A stretch of 64,000 bases of DNA, from contig NC_043013.1 of NCBI RefSeq assembly GCF_006345805.1, positions 48,794,001 to 48,858,000 on the forward strand. The letters run 5' to 3'. The stretch is from Octopus sinensis. Its lineage: Eukaryota. A program made the position numbers and the translations under genes. Under the pieces are notes generated by a model. The model had not been told where the DNA came from. It was given only the letters and a program-made list of their open reading frames with translations, and did not search any database. Positions 11,870-25,682 of this stretch are shown here, piece after piece. The first letter of the stretch is position 1; each line of letters starts with the position of its first letter.

Positions 11870-12710
11870 CTGTATGCATTTTATTTACGTATTTTACACA
11901 CGGTTTTGCATCGAGTGCTCTAATTTTTGGTTCATACAGCTGAAAACACACAAACATGCACACACATACACTCGTATGTCGTATGCATATCAGGCACACA
12001 TTTCTTCTCCATCTGTCCATAAGTACAGACAACAGAACAAATTATAAAGTCTAGAAACCTATAGTTTTCTATTTTGCTAATTCAATATTCAGCATGATAA
12101 ACAGGAAGAGAGAAAACATATCTTAATATTTGAAATGAGTCTAATTGTTAATTCTGTATGGACGTTAACATTTATATTAAAAAATGCAGAAATACTTTTC
12201 ACTTTAAATAGAAATTGATTATGTAGGAATAGAAGCGTTTGTGCTCTAAACAAAATGTAATATGCGGCGCAGTTAAATCTACTTTCATGTAAACATATAT
12301 ATTTATGTGGCATCAATAGACATCATAGAGCAGAAATAAATGAAATAAAATTCTCAGACACTCATTTGATAGGAAACACTGACTAGGCATTATTTATCAA
12401 GTTCATTTCTCCTAATGGAAGAAATATTGATTTCTTAGTCGCAAAAGAATAGAATATGACCTTATAAAAGTAATTTTCAAGTGAATAATACTTCTACTGG
12501 GAATCGCCCCCAAACGTCAGATAATAATTTATGACGTTGAAACGTGTCTTCAGTTTTTCTGCGTGGGTATAGTCTCCATTCATGCTTGGAAGCTATCGGT
12601 GACACCAAATGGATAAAATCTACTGTCGAACTACACAGGATTTGTACACAGAAAGGCAGAATTAAAACTGGTCAGCCATTTATTGCCCTTGACTTACAAT
12701 CATGTAACGT

Positions 12711-12932
12711 GCACGATGGGATGCTGGAAAGTTCCTGACTTTAGACAAATGAAATTACAGGAGGATCAGTTAATTATAATTTTATTCAACATATTCCCCC
12801 CTCAGATTCAAACATTTATTGCAGTGGTCCTTCAGTTTTTCTAAGCCCTGTGAAAGAACTCAGAAGGTTGGGGCTCCGACCAGGCCTTTCACGACACCCT
12901 TGAAACCAGGAACTTTTCGGCACCCTCTCGCA
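12711..12932. mobile_element. Tc1/mariner-like MITE
   Basis: Imperfect TIRs cacgatgggatgctggaaagttcctgactt and the reverse complement of aaaccaggaacttttcggcaccctctcgca, resembling mariner TACGAGGG..AAAAGT termini. Confidence 0.65.
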
Positions 12933-13356
12933 TTGCGCATTTTTGTAGGTTTTATTTGTAAAGCTAATTTCCTTGTCTTTTTTCATTGTTTTGTTGTTTT
13001 CATTTCTACTGTTAATTGCCATGGTAACAATTCATAATTTCGTCTCCCAGTTCTCACAGGTAAAAATATTATTATACTTATTCCTAGCTTCTGTGTTCTC
13101 ATGTCACAATTCTTTCGTCAATACTGTTATAAAAGACCTGAAAATCACATCACAAGATGTAACACATTCATAAATACAATCTTTTTATTTCTGGTGGGAA
13201 TTAAAATGCAGATAATGAATGCCATAATGTAAAGTTTCAACTCCATTATTCTCAGAATCCACTTCACGTCATCCGTTTTATTAATACTCCAATGGAAAAT
13301 ATAAACATTATCCACCACTGTTCTCTAACAAATCCTACATTTTATGCTCCATATTT

Positions 13357-13525
13357 TACTTGTTCCAGTCGTTAGACTGCGGTCATGTTGGGGCACCGCC
13401 TTGAAAAAATTTTAGTTGAATGAATCGACCCCAGTACTTTTTTTAAAGCTTGGTGCTTATTCTAGCGGGACATAAACACACCAACACCGGTTTTCAAGTG
13501 GTGGAGGAGGGACAAACACAGATAC

Positions 13526-13562
<37 letters not shown>

Positions 13563-13620
13563 GGACTAAACCCCAAAACCATGTGATTGGGAATTAAGCT
13601 TCTTATCCCATAACCGCGCC
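13357..13620 (-). mobile_element. SINE family A, partial decayed copy
   Basis: Shares tttacttgtt..gactgcggtcatg..atcgacccc..ggacataaacacacc..ggacaaacacag with the copies at 30705 and 61205. Confidence 0.75.
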
Positions 13621-14817
13621 TGTGTAACGAATGCTTAATAAAGTTTTGAAGAGAAAGCCGTCACTGTAGACCGTCTTGAATCGTTTACTAAGCATGAAAT
13701 TAATAACCTAAATATCTTAACATCAGTGTTGTTTTTCCTGGGTCGATGAATTCAACAATGTAAGCAATAAGAAATAAAAGGCTGGTTTTGCATCAGCAAC
13801 AACAGCAATAACAGCAACAACACAAGCTATGTTAGTAGATATTTAATCGTTAAAATCAAAGAAAACTCCAGCGACAGTCGTCTTAAATCAGTTTGATGGA
13901 TAAAGTATGACAGGTAGGTGACACAACGCTAGGTGCCAGTAAAGATTGAATATTTGCTCGCTTTGTTGACATTGTTAGTCGATATTTTCAACATGACTGT
14001 TTTGACAAGGGGTCAGGTAACAGGGATTTTTGAATTTATAGTATTTGGCGTGTTAGCTTGATAACCATAATTATTCTTTATTCTTTTACTACTGGTCATT
14101 TTGATAATAGCTGTGTGCACTGATCGGTCTGTTTTTCGTATACATACATTTTAATACACTGTTTGCTCGATTGGTCTAACGTTGAAAGAAAACATACTTA
14201 AGAAGTAAGAAAACACCTATTTACTTAGATCAGCTTTTCTCTTTAACTGACCAATTCATTTGCATTATTGATTTACGATCAGCACAATTCAGTAACCACT
14301 CATTGAACTATATAACTGTCAAACGAAAATAATCCGCCTTTAGTATTTATTATTTAAACAGCTGACTTGAATGATCATCTAATAATGATCATTTATAATT
14401 AATGAAAGTTTATTATTACTAAGAGACGAAAAATTCTCTGTTATGCAATAAGAAAAATCAATAGCCATAAAAGGCCAAAAACATTTAGATAATAACACAA
14501 AATAAAATTGGGAAAATTAAGTGTATGAATCACGGATTCAGTGAATCTCTGTGTGAAATCGAGCGTAAGCTCATTGACTATATAAAGTACTTAGCGTAGC
14601 ACATGAAAGAGAAGAAACGATTGAAAGAAAGTTGGGTTTGTTTCTTACTATGAATAATTTCTTTGATTACAAGCTTTTGTTTCAATGGAATTTTTGTCAT
14701 ATCTATTATGTTAGCATTAGTTTAGTTGCTGACAGGTGAATTTAACCGTAATATCATTTCATTTCGGCAATAGAAAAGAAGTTTAAGTAATACATTTATA
14801 TCAATATTTTTACGCTG

Positions 14818-15030
14818 TTTAAGGCGGCGAGCTGCTAGAATCGTTACTGCGTCGCGCATTATTTATTCCGACTTTACGTTCGGAGTTCAGATGCTGCCGG
14901 GGTGGACTTCACATTTCACCCTTTCAGGCTCGATAACATAAGCAATAGTTGAGCATTGGGGACGTTGTAATCGAATTACTCCCCCCACCCTCGAGAATTG
15001 CTGTCCTTGTGCTAAAATTTAAAACTAACA
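14818..15030 (+). mobile_element. SINE family C, decayed copy
   Basis: aaggcggcgagctg..agaatcgtta..gttcggagttcagat..tttcaccctttcagg(c)tcgata matches the reverse complement of 31300-31481. Confidence 0.7.
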
Positions 15031-15669
15031 TTTTTACACACTTTATTGTATATCATGCATAGCCAACATCAAAGTTAATGTAAAATAACAGAGAAATATT
15101 CTATTAGGTGTAATCACGTACTTCATTGGATATTAACATCGCACACACACAAGCACACACACACACACACACACAAGCACACACTTTACCTTCAGATAAT
15201 GGTAATCAGGGTAAAACAATATTTTCGCCAAAATATTGAGAAGACGTATAAGCAATAAGATTTTATTTCCCATTTTGCTGCATAAGTTCATGATAAAAGC
15301 TGCACTGTGCTAAAGTACACATTTCATTTTGTACAAGTAATTGGACTAGAATCAAGTGAATAGAGTATTCTTGACAAGAAACTCATTATTACTAACAATA
15401 AACTCATAATCCAACTACTATTTTCTTACAAAGTTATGTTATAACCGCTCCCTTCTTATTATGATTATTGTTATATATTTTTGTTGGACCTGATTAACTT
15501 AATTAAAGGAGCTGATTAACTAACATTTCATCTATTTCATGTTCAGTCTGTTGTAAAAAGGACAACTGTTGAAATTACTTTGTTGCTTATCCTATTGCAC
15601 ATTAAAACATTTTTCTCTGGCAACTTCCTGATTTTCTGACAATGTGTCAATGTTTATACACAATGCTAG

Positions 15670-15850
15670 GGTGGTGGATTAGCGTAATTGTTAGAGCGTC
15701 GGAGAAGATGCCTTATGATATCTATTCGGTGTTTTTAAATTCTGAGCTCAAATTCACAAGAGTCAACCTGGTCTCTCATCCTGGCGTCGATAAAATAAAG
15801 TACCATCAAGTACTGGGGTTGACACAATCAGACCTTCCCGTCTCTTTAAA
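15670..15850 (+). mobile_element. SINE family C, strongly decayed copy
   Basis: ttctgagctcaaattc..ctcatcc..gtcgataaaataaagtacca..tactggggttga. Confidence 0.55.
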
Positions 15851-18466
15851 TAGTGCTAAAGTTTGTAGCTTTAGTAGGTTTCATATATGCATTGTATACT
15901 TTGAGATACGAGAAATGTTCTAAGACCAACGGTTAGATAAACTTAGGATTGTTAAGACGGTAATATATTTCGAAATGTGAATTTGTGTGAAGTTTACTTC
16001 CAGTTCCAAATGGTCATCTATTTCACGGCGGTTCAATTACAGTGAAAATCCAGTTTTGAGAATTCCCCATTTTCTTTCTAAACTTATTAATATTTGATAT
16101 TATTCGTAGTGTCTAATAAACTAATACTGCTTTAGGATTCTCTGCAAATTGTGTAGTTTTTTTTATTTATTTAATGCTATTAGTAATATTATGTTGTGTA
16201 TATTTATTCTAAAAATTGTTAAAGTTTTAGGCGAACGACGCCACGACAATATAAACAAAGATTTCATCATTTGAAAAAGAGAACTGAATCAGCGAAATCT
16301 AATTGGGTTCTACGACTGTTTTATGGCGAAAGTGCACCATAATGATAGTTTTCATGCATCTTGGCTCAGTAATGCATCGAATATTGTTAACAGATATTAT
16401 TTTTGTAATGTGGCTGTTACAATTTTTATACAATTTAAACTGTTATTTTATTAATGCACTTTGAAAAATGCAACGTCCTAAAAAAAAAACAGTCGTTCCT
16501 TAAAAGAGTTTTATGCAACTTCACATGATTTGCTGTGGTAACAGAAAAAGATATTTAAAATCTCTATTCTAAACTAAAACTGACAGCAGGTCTGCAATTA
16601 GCTTTATTCTAGTTTGTATCAGAAAAAGAACTAAAAATCTTAACACTTTTAAAGCTCAAAATTTCCGTGACAATCTGCCCACGTTTCAACCATGAAATTG
16701 AATGAAAGTAGAATATCGATGTAAAATAGAATAAAAACAAAAGCAGGAAGAAAATCTATCTGGGAAGGAATCAAGCAATTGTAAAGAATGCTATTTCGTG
16801 ATGGTTTGTTTGAAACAGCTATTGACACTGAAGAGTCGAATACTTACTTCTGCAAAATAAAATTGGTAACTATGGTAACACATTCGTTGCTAATTTTACA
16901 CAACTACTCCAATGCATGTATGTATGTTGACAGTATTAGATCTTTGAAAAACTCTAATTGGAGTGCAATATCATTAATAGAATCCACCTTCTTTTGAGTT
17001 AATTTATCATTAAATCTCTCTTAATAACTCTCATTATTCATCACTTTCCTGATTTATGATTTGTATTTACCTGTTTTTGAAAAACCTTTCTCTTTGGATC
17101 AGAATATATTTCCTCTCTATCATCTCTAAGCATGGTTTCATTCGTTTATAAATAAATGCATATATTTGTGCGTACGTATGGAATACATTGAATATTATTA
17201 TGTAATGCCTAAGTTGTCACTTTATTAATGTTATTTGAAGCATGCAATACTTTCTCTGTGTGTATGTGTATGTACGTGCGTGGGTTTGCGTGTGCACGAG
17301 TGCTTATACGAGTGCGCATGTGCGTACGAGCGAGTTTGTGAAAGTTTTGCACAATGGTTATTTTTCTAAGGTGATTCATTCTCGCTGGCAGACCGATTTA
17401 ATACAAACTATATTGCTTTATGCGAAATAAACTGACAAAAAGCTGGAGCTGGAACGCAGTTGTCTATGATGAATGTGTGCTGAAGATGTATAAAGCCATT
17501 AATAAGAAGTCGGAAGTGACAGCTTTTGCTGAACACGAACGACGTACTAAATACCCTATTTTATCGTTTTCTCCAGAAGCAACGAGTAGCTACATCGATC
17601 TACAATAGCATTTACCTTCCGTACTAAGAAAATCAACCTACTAAAACCTATACGAACGGAAACAAATATTCAGAGTCGCCTAACAAGTTCTTCGTTATGT
17701 ACAGCTAATTGTGTGATTAAGGTTAATTATGAAATGATAAATCTGATAAAAGAAGACACATGCTCTTTTGCCGGACTATTATACTTTCTATTTCCCACAA
17801 AATGCTTACTCTAAATCCGAAGTTTCAGCATATGAGCTACGCGTGATTCTGAGATCGCGTGAGTAATTGCGATCGTCTCTTCGCTGTCCAGGTGTTACTC
17901 AAAATTTAGTAAGACCAATTATATTTCGCTCAAAAAGTATAGAAAAAATTGAAATAGCGGCACAAGCAATCTCGGCAACTTCACCGTGTATTACTCAGAT
18001 GAGACTGCTTCTGTTAAACTGGAATAGGAAATATGGGGGGAAAATCGCTCAGATACCCAGAAAGTTTGATTGCTTCATATATCGAAGAAAATATTAATGG
18101 CACCTCTCAGTTCTATCAATCTCATGCTATTATATTACTTTTTACATTAACAATTTTATCATGTCAGCTCGGGCTACACACATGTATCTATATGAAAGTC
18201 ATCTATTTAAACAGATTCAAAACAACCTATATTTTAAGCAAATACAATATCATCCTATATTTTATTTAAAAAAAATATTCGCGGGAGCACTGAATCTTAA
18301 TTGTTGTGGCCAGTTATTACAACTCGTAATATTTCGCCATGTTGTTAAACGACAATAAACACCAAGTTACTTAACTCTATAACATTGAGTGTTACCTTAT
18401 TGTGTATTATTACAAACCCCTGACCGAAATCCATCCATCCGTTTCTCTTTCTCCTCCTCCTCTCCT

Positions 18467-18497
<31 letters not shown>

Positions 18498-18608
18498 TAC
18501 AATACTGCTTTAGCTAGGGCTGGATACCGTGAGAAAATTCATTACATACAACATACAGACATACATTATTCCTCCAATACTATGCATCGTACACCAACAC
18601 AACGCTGT

Positions 18609-18911
18609 GAAGGCACATGGCCTAGTGGTTAGAGCAGCGGACTCGCGGTCGAAGGATCGCGGGCTCGAATCTCAGACCGGGTGATGTGTGTGTTTATGAG
18701 CGAAAACACCTGAGCCACACGCGGCTCCGGCAGAAGGTAATGGCGAACTTCTGCTGATCCTTTCGCCACAACTTTCTCTCACTCTTTCCTCCTGCATCTT
18801 ACAGCTTACCTGCGACGGACCGGCGTCCCGTCCAGGTGGGGAACCTATACGCCAAGAAACCGGGAAACCAGCCCTTATGAGCCAGGCATGGCTCGAGAAG
18901 GAAAAAACAAC
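18609..18911 (+). mobile_element. tRNA-derived SINE family B variant
   Basis: A-box-like TGGCCTAGTGG and B-box-like GGCTCGAATCT. The body gagcgaaaacacct is shared with 24399 and 58997, but the 3' tail differs. Confidence 0.8.
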
Positions 18912-19086
18912 GCTACGGTACGCAAACTGACTCAGAATACAGGCCAGGAAGAATTGGTCAAGGCAATAAACTACTAACCAAAATTCATAGACACTCACAC
19001 AACACAATAATTCTACTGCTCATAACACAATAAATTGTCGCAACTCTGTACAACACACTAGAACAAATGAGCCAAACAACAAATAA

Positions 19087-19295
19087 AGGAAAGATGATGT
19101 CCTCTGGTACAATCCAATTTTCGGTTCAAACGTTTCAAGAAGACCGCTTGGAAATTTTTTGCCGTTTTAGATAAGTGTTTCTCCAAATCAAACAGATACC
19201 AAGCTATCTTTAGTAGACACACCGTGGAGATATCTTACGCTAACTCTATTAATTTAGAGCAGCATATGCATCACATTAACAATAGAAAAATGAAA
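19087..19295 (+). mobile_element. Penelope-like element remnant (WYNP linker between RT and GIY-YIG)
   Basis: RKDDVLWYNPIFGSNVS, then a frameshift, then AVLDKCFSKSNRYQAIFSRHTVEISYANSINLEQHMHHINNRK. This matches the W(F/Y)NPP(F/Y)S..D.HF..IF.R.T.K.SY..HN.K motif. Confidence 0.7.
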
Positions 19296-20989
19296 CAACA
19301 GTTCAATAACCCACCTACTGGAACTAGTAAACATGCACATCGAAATACCAAGAAAGGAAATGTAAAACGCAATGAAAAGGACCAAATGCGGCCAAATCGT
19401 GGCACCAGAAATGATTGTGATATAGCCAACAAGGTAACAACGTTGGAAAAGTCAGAACTGCCATATATACAAATAAATATAATCAAAAAGAATTGTTAAT
19501 TATTTCAGAGAAGAATGTGTGATTTAAGGGAGATCTGGCTGTTGTTTCTAGCACATCCCAAAACCTCTCTCCTCGTTTCTTTTTCACTTACACATCTATT
19601 GATATTTTTCACTATTTCTCTCCCTGTAAGCAAATTTTATGGAATGATGATGCCAAAGTAACAAACGTATAGTCCCAACCGAGCGAGACCGGGTTTTGTG
19701 TGTGTGTAAAAAAACAAACACTTGATAAACCTCTCTAGTGTTCTTATTAATCTGTCAAATGTAATGCTTGTATGTTCACATTATTTTGAATTATTCAGGT
19801 TCAAGAGGTGTGTCCACAATATTTGCTTGTAACTTTGTAAATTTTTTATATACAGATTTGAAATTTTATCAGTGGGTGTTTTATATACATCTGGTTTATA
19901 GTTATCTAATTTTAAATGATCTTGCTGAGTAGATTTAACTTTTATGGGCAGGTAAATTTGATTAACAGGTGTAAAAGCAATAACATTATGAATAAACACT
20001 AAAATTCAAATTCTTAATGCATATTTCCTGTTTAAATTGTTACTAAAATTATCCCAGATGGCAGCCAACAAAAATTTTGCCACTCTTCAACATGAAGTTC
20101 ATTAATTTCAATTAATTAAAATAGAGTTATAATCGGTACAAGATTTTATTCTTTCGGTAAATATGTCGTACCTCGGTGTGGAATAATTTTTTTCCAGTCT
20201 TTTTCAGGTATATTCAACGTATCAGACCTCCAAACCCGCCGCAAGCCACTTTTTTCACAAAAGAAACTAGGGAGGGGTGGTGGGGACCTCGAAGTTTTCC
20301 ATTAATGGAATTTTGTTTTGCGGGTCATTTTTTTCTTTTTTAGCTTATTTTGCGTGCTTCCAACGAATGTGACATCGAATTCACGCGCAAACGGCTCCTT
20401 TTCCAGAAAAAGAAAGATTTGAGTGCTATTTCTAGCATGCCCTGCAACCACGTAACAGCTATTTCCGTTCAAACCGAAATATTTACCAACTTTTCTTCCT
20501 TCCATTTATTTTTTCCACTTTATGGAAATCAATATTTTCTCTGTTGACAGCGACATCAGTTAATTTTGCCTTTTTTTTCTAGTTCTGTGCTTTCTAGAAA
20601 GCTACAAGAATTCACTAACTTAATTTATTAAAAAAAAAAATTCGTAGAGGAATTAGATACAACGGATTTTGGGCCGTTTTAAACACTAAAGGGTTAAAAA
20701 GTGCCAAACTATAAAATCAGCCTTTTTGGCCTTTTTGAGGGCTTTAGAACCCCAATACTATAGTTTTTTGTTTTGCTTAAAATGCTGATTTTATAGTTTT
20801 AAATTTTAAAGGGCCTAAAAATGGCTGATTTCATAGTTTTGACCCTTTTTTAAAGGTTTTTAAAGGCTTTTAGAGCCAGAAAAGGGTAAAAAACTCAAAT
20901 GAAGCACAATATTAGTAATAAATTAAAAAAAAGTTTATTGAGAAAGTGGCCGTAAAAAATGAAAATAAAAAATAAAAAACATAATTAAA

Positions 20990-21095
20990 TTTTTCCTCTT
21001 CTTCTCCATTTTGTTGATGAGATTCATGTTGCTCTCCATGAAAATTAACATACTAAAATTTTCATCAGATAAGGACAATCTCTTGGTACTCAATT
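20990..21095 (-). mobile_element. hAT transposase extreme C-terminus (distal half of dimerization domain)
   Basis: LSTKRLSLSDENFSMLIFMESNMNLINKMEKK matches the R..LS.E....L.F...N pattern. Confidence 0.55.
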
Positions 21096-21834
21096 ATTAA
21101 TAAATACCAACACTAATTTCTGTGTGTCAGTGTGTCACACTTTGACTCCCTCTCTCACTATTCAGTGACACTTCTACTATTCTTCATGTTGGGTTGAGAG
21201 TAATAGTAGGAATAGAGACGGTAAGGGTGGTAGTAGAATGACGGTAGTGATGGTAATGGGTTGATAGTAATAGTATGAGCTCTAGTTGTGATAGAGGCGG
21301 AAATGACGGTGATGATGGTGGTGGGGGTGGTGATGGTACTTGTAGCCGAGACGGTTAGAAATGACGGTGATAGTAAGCGATGTGAAAGACAGTGGTGATG
21401 GTGGTGGAGGGGGAGGCGACGAAGTCACAAGTATTAATGGCGGTGGCGTCAGAATTCTGAATAGCAGTTGTGGTGGCGATGGTGGTAGTACTGGTGATGG
21501 TTGAAATCTTTCAACAGAGAGAGAGAGAGAAAGAGAAAGAGAGAGAGAGAGAGAGGGGGGGGGCAGAGAGAAAGAAAGAGGTTAGATAGAAAAAAATTGT
21601 ATGGATCCCGAATGAGAAGACAAAACATGTTTATCATGCAGCTTTGCAATAAGTTCCAAGTCGACAAATTATTTCATTGTTTTGATGAAAATTGTTCATT
21701 TCTTGAAAAATATTGGTCAAGTTTAATAAAATTTAATATGTACTCAATGCATGAAGTGTCATTGTTGGGCCCAAGGCCTAATGAAGATCTCTCCACAGGA
21801 GCTGGCTTAAAAGCCACCCGATAGAGCGGCTTTT

Positions 21835-22453
21835 AGCCTAGCGGGAAATAAACGTTCAATTGCAGCACTTGAAGAGATGGGTTTATTGAACATGAAGAAC
21901 AAGTTTACCAACATTGTCAGTAGATCTTTGGAGTCGGTCTTCAACTAGGTCTTTACAAAATACTGGGCCTTGTCCTTCAGTGACCTGTGGCTTCCGCTCT
22001 CTTTTTGCTGGTTGACACCACTGAAGAAGTCATCCTCCACCTCTTCGTTGTTGTTGCCTCCACTGTTTCTGCTCACTTCATCAGACTGCTGCCTCATGGC
22101 CTCCTCGACCTTATCCTCCATGTTTCTCCTCACCTTGGGGAACTTGGTGCTATCATACCTATCCAAACAGATGAGGTGAAACATGGGGTGGAAGGCAGCA
22201 GCCAGTTGGCATTCCTCATCGTCCAGGAGGGTTGAAAATCTTTTGTCGATGCCTGCCAAAACTGCGTCGACCTAGGAGTCGAAAATGCGTCGACCATGGG
22301 GCTGCAGTAGACGAGTATTGGGTTAACGGACTTGTGTTAACGGAAGCTGAATGTAACGGAAGTTAATAAGTCCGGTAATGATTTTCAAAGTTAACTTAAA
22401 AATTAAATCGTTAATTAACTATTGATGGATTAACGGACTTACGCCCAGCTCTG
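21835..22453 (-). mobile_element. Internally deleted hAT element: 5' terminus plus C-terminal transposase fragment
   Basis: ORF 21945-22259 contains CQLAAAFHPMF (the AA.LHP.F motif), followed by FFMFNKPISSSAAIERLF. A terminus CAGAGCTGGGC lies at 22453, with clustered TAACGGA subterminal repeats at 22325-22440. Confidence 0.75.
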
Positions 22454-22672
22454 TATATATATATATATATATATATACCTCCGCTTTACCTCATGGTGCG
22501 ATATGAACACTTAACGTGGTTTTATAGTCAAAATTTCGACTGCTATTTCGGCATGTTGGTGTCTTTTAGACACCCTCATTTTTAATTAAAAAAAAAATTT
22601 TTACCTTTGTACGGTATTTCTTTCATGCTGGCCACTTGATAATTTTGATACTTAAATATCGATATTATCCTC

Positions 22673-22706
<34 letters not shown>

Positions 22707-23670
22707 TTCTGTGTGGGAGTGTGTGTGTTCGCGCGCGCGTATTAATTAAATTCAAGTGTTTGGATCGAGGACACATCCATATTGTAACATGACTGTCTTT
22801 ATGTTTAAACTTGGTACTTGATACAAATAAGTCCACCTCTGTTCTAAGTTGAAGGAGTAACAGCCTCCTCTTATCTTCCAAGACATCTCCATGTACCATC
22901 TTGGTACCAACTCAAGCAAATTAATTTTATCAGAATTATTTTTAATGGCAAATCCTACACACGCTTCTATATAATTTCCTTCTTTTTCTCCCTTCGAGAC
23001 TATCGTATACCTTGCACCTACTCCTGCAATCTGACCATCACCCAATAAGCAGGTCTCAGAGAGTGTTGCAATATTTACAGAATACTTTCGTAGTCGCGTA
23101 GCAAGAATAACAATTTTTACGCTCAGGACAAACTCCTACATTATCAGCAAACGCGTGATCATTGGTTAGTTAGCATCAGCATTACTAATTCTATTGTTTC
23201 AAGAGCTGTATGGACGTCCGCCAGTATTATTAAAATTGACCAGATTTTTATGAGGTGAGCAATTTTTGAGTTACATTTTCTAAACACTTCCTAATGCAGT
23301 GCTCTTCTTAAAAGGGCTGCTCATACGCCAAGTGGAGAAACCGAACCCCACCATTGACTCGAGCTGATGAGGAAGTGACTTTGCACCTGCCAAATGGCCG
23401 CCAGTGTGCAAGTTGGTGATTAGATACTTCCAACCTGTCAGGTCTGTCTCTACCCGACGCCGCCATCTCATCGTCACAAGTCTTGTGATACGAAAAGACA
23501 AGAAGACATGTAAAATTACAAAAGAACGTAAAAGGGCAATAAGACGTGGCAATGAAGACAACACAGAGTATTGACAAGGATGTTAGAAAGGCCTGTGGAG
23601 ATGAATATCCCAAAGACAAACCGAAGCTAGATGTTTGGCTCAGCAATTCTAGTGGGTTTATGAATATAAA

Positions 23671-23699
23671 ACACACACACACACACACACAGACACACA

Positions 23700-23787
<88 letters not shown>

Positions 23788-23788
23788 T
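23671..23788. repeat. (CA)n(CT)n microsatellite
   Basis: Read directly. Confidence 0.95.
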
Positions 23789-24398
23789 GTTTGATGAACT
23801 CTTCGGTTGAAAACGATGTTTAGGTGTATATCAGCTGAAATGTTGTGTTAACAACAAACAAGATGAGGACAAATATCCGTCAAAGGTAAATAATGTACAT
23901 AATTCTTTATCTTTTAAAAATAGAACTGCGTTAAAAAGTTTGTTTATAATTTATATTATTAGATTTTATGCCTTTATATACCCTTTTATATATTTTCTTG
24001 GTTTTTTATAGTTCATATTGTTATATATTTTTTAATTACACATTATATCTTATATTTTATTTTTATAATTTTATGCCCTTATATATCCTTTATATATTTT
24101 TTTATAGTTTTTATAGCTCAGAAATTTGTGACAATTTATACTTTTTTCGTAAAATTCACTGTGTACTGCAATCTTATTTTATATATTTTTAATTATACAT
24201 GATACGCATTATGTGATAATAGGAAATTCGCTTAAATCTTGTACCCGTATGTACTCCTAACCTAGACATTTACTCTCATTTCTTACTGTATCCTATCTTT
24301 ACCCACCCGTATTTGACGGGTATGAGTTTAATATCAGTTTAATTTCACACTACAAGTATCTATTTGTAATATAGATATTTCCTTTATACACCCATCGT

Positions 24399-24780
24399 GG
24401 AGGCGCAATGGCCCAGTGGTTAGGGCTGCGGACTCGCGGTCGTAGGATCGCGGTTTCGATTCCCAGACCGGGCGTTGTGAGTGTTTATTGAGCGAAAACA
24501 CCTAAACGCTCCACGAGGCTCCGGCAAGGGATGATGGTGATCCCTGCTGTACTCTTTCACCACAACTTTCTCTCATTCTTACTTCCTGTTTCTGTTGTAC
24601 CTGTATTTCAAAGGGCCGGCCTTGTCACTCTCTGTGTCACGCTGAATCTCCCCGAGAACTACGTTAAGGGTACACGTGTCTGTGGAGTGCTCAGCCACTT
24701 ACACGTTAATTTCACGAGCAGGCTGTTCCGTTGATTCGGATCAACCGGAACCCTCATCGTCGTAACCGACGGAGTGCTTC
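24399..24780 (+). mobile_element. tRNA-derived SINE family B, full length
   Basis: Head GGAGGCGCAATGGCCCAGTGGTTAGGG..GGTTTCGATTCCC. Near-identical to 58997-59378. Imperfect flanking duplication atacaccc(a/t)tc. Confidence 0.9.
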
Positions 24781-25578
24781 CATACACCCTTCATGTAATA
24801 CTTTACCAGGATATACACTACATTTATGAAAAGTCTTAATATTTCTCTTATATTTTCAAGTATACCCTTATTAAAATTTTTAAGTGTACTTATTGCCTTC
24901 ATCTGTATATTTAATTATATCTTGATTAAGCATTATAATTATGTTCTGTACTTATCTTCCACCCCTAATTCCTAATATTTATTCCTTTAGTTTTTTTATT
25001 AGCTTCCACTTTAAGATGACAATCAAAATAAGTATCATTAGCTAACCTGTCTTTCTTTCTTCCAACTATCACCCCTTCCCCATTAGGCATCCCTCCATCT
25101 TTTACCACCCAAGCCTTACTCTTTGGTGTAGACAAAGCCGGATATAAGGTTCCAGTACTTAGGTTGTCTAGTAGGCTATCATGATATTAATTAATCAACT
25201 TTGTCTGCAAAAAGCTACACCTACCAAAATATCTAATTTTGGATGATTGAAGACTACATTCCTCCTATTGTCTTCGAAGTGTGGCTAACTAGATCACTAC
25301 TCTCAATTATTCCTCCCACCACTATAATCTCTTCTAACCTCTAAATTCTTGTAGATTCGACTATTTTTATAAACTCATTCTACCAAAGATATAGCAGCAG
25401 AATCAATGTAAACATTTGAGCTCTTTTGGTGATACGAATATATTAAAGTAATTGGTTTGTCCATTGTGTTTGAAGTCTATGCAGTCATCTGCCGAAAACG
25501 GTTTCTTTGCAATGATGTAATCAATTAAAGAAGTCGCTTGAAACGGCCGTTATGAATTTACACCTGACATCTTGTTAC

Positions 25579-25664
<86 letters not shown>

Positions 25665-25682
25665 ATGATGTATGTATGTATA

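Noticed and set aside
20640-20698. piggyBac-like right end (aaaggg|ttaa)
   Set aside because: No matching left end or second TTAA site was found.
22055-22087. CUGAUGA...GAAA on the minus strand
   Set aside because: No helix I or II pairing, and it lies inside hAT coding sequence. The same applies to 56680-56702 and 47545-47570.
23290-23660. GC-richer segment as a possible exon
   Set aside because: All frames are interrupted within about 25-95 codons, with no recognisable motif and no consistent splice pair.
24399-24476. tRNA-like sequence with A and B boxes (also 18609, 28756, 32781 and 58997)
   Set aside because: No clean cloverleaf or acceptor stem, and each continues into a shared multi-copy SINE body.
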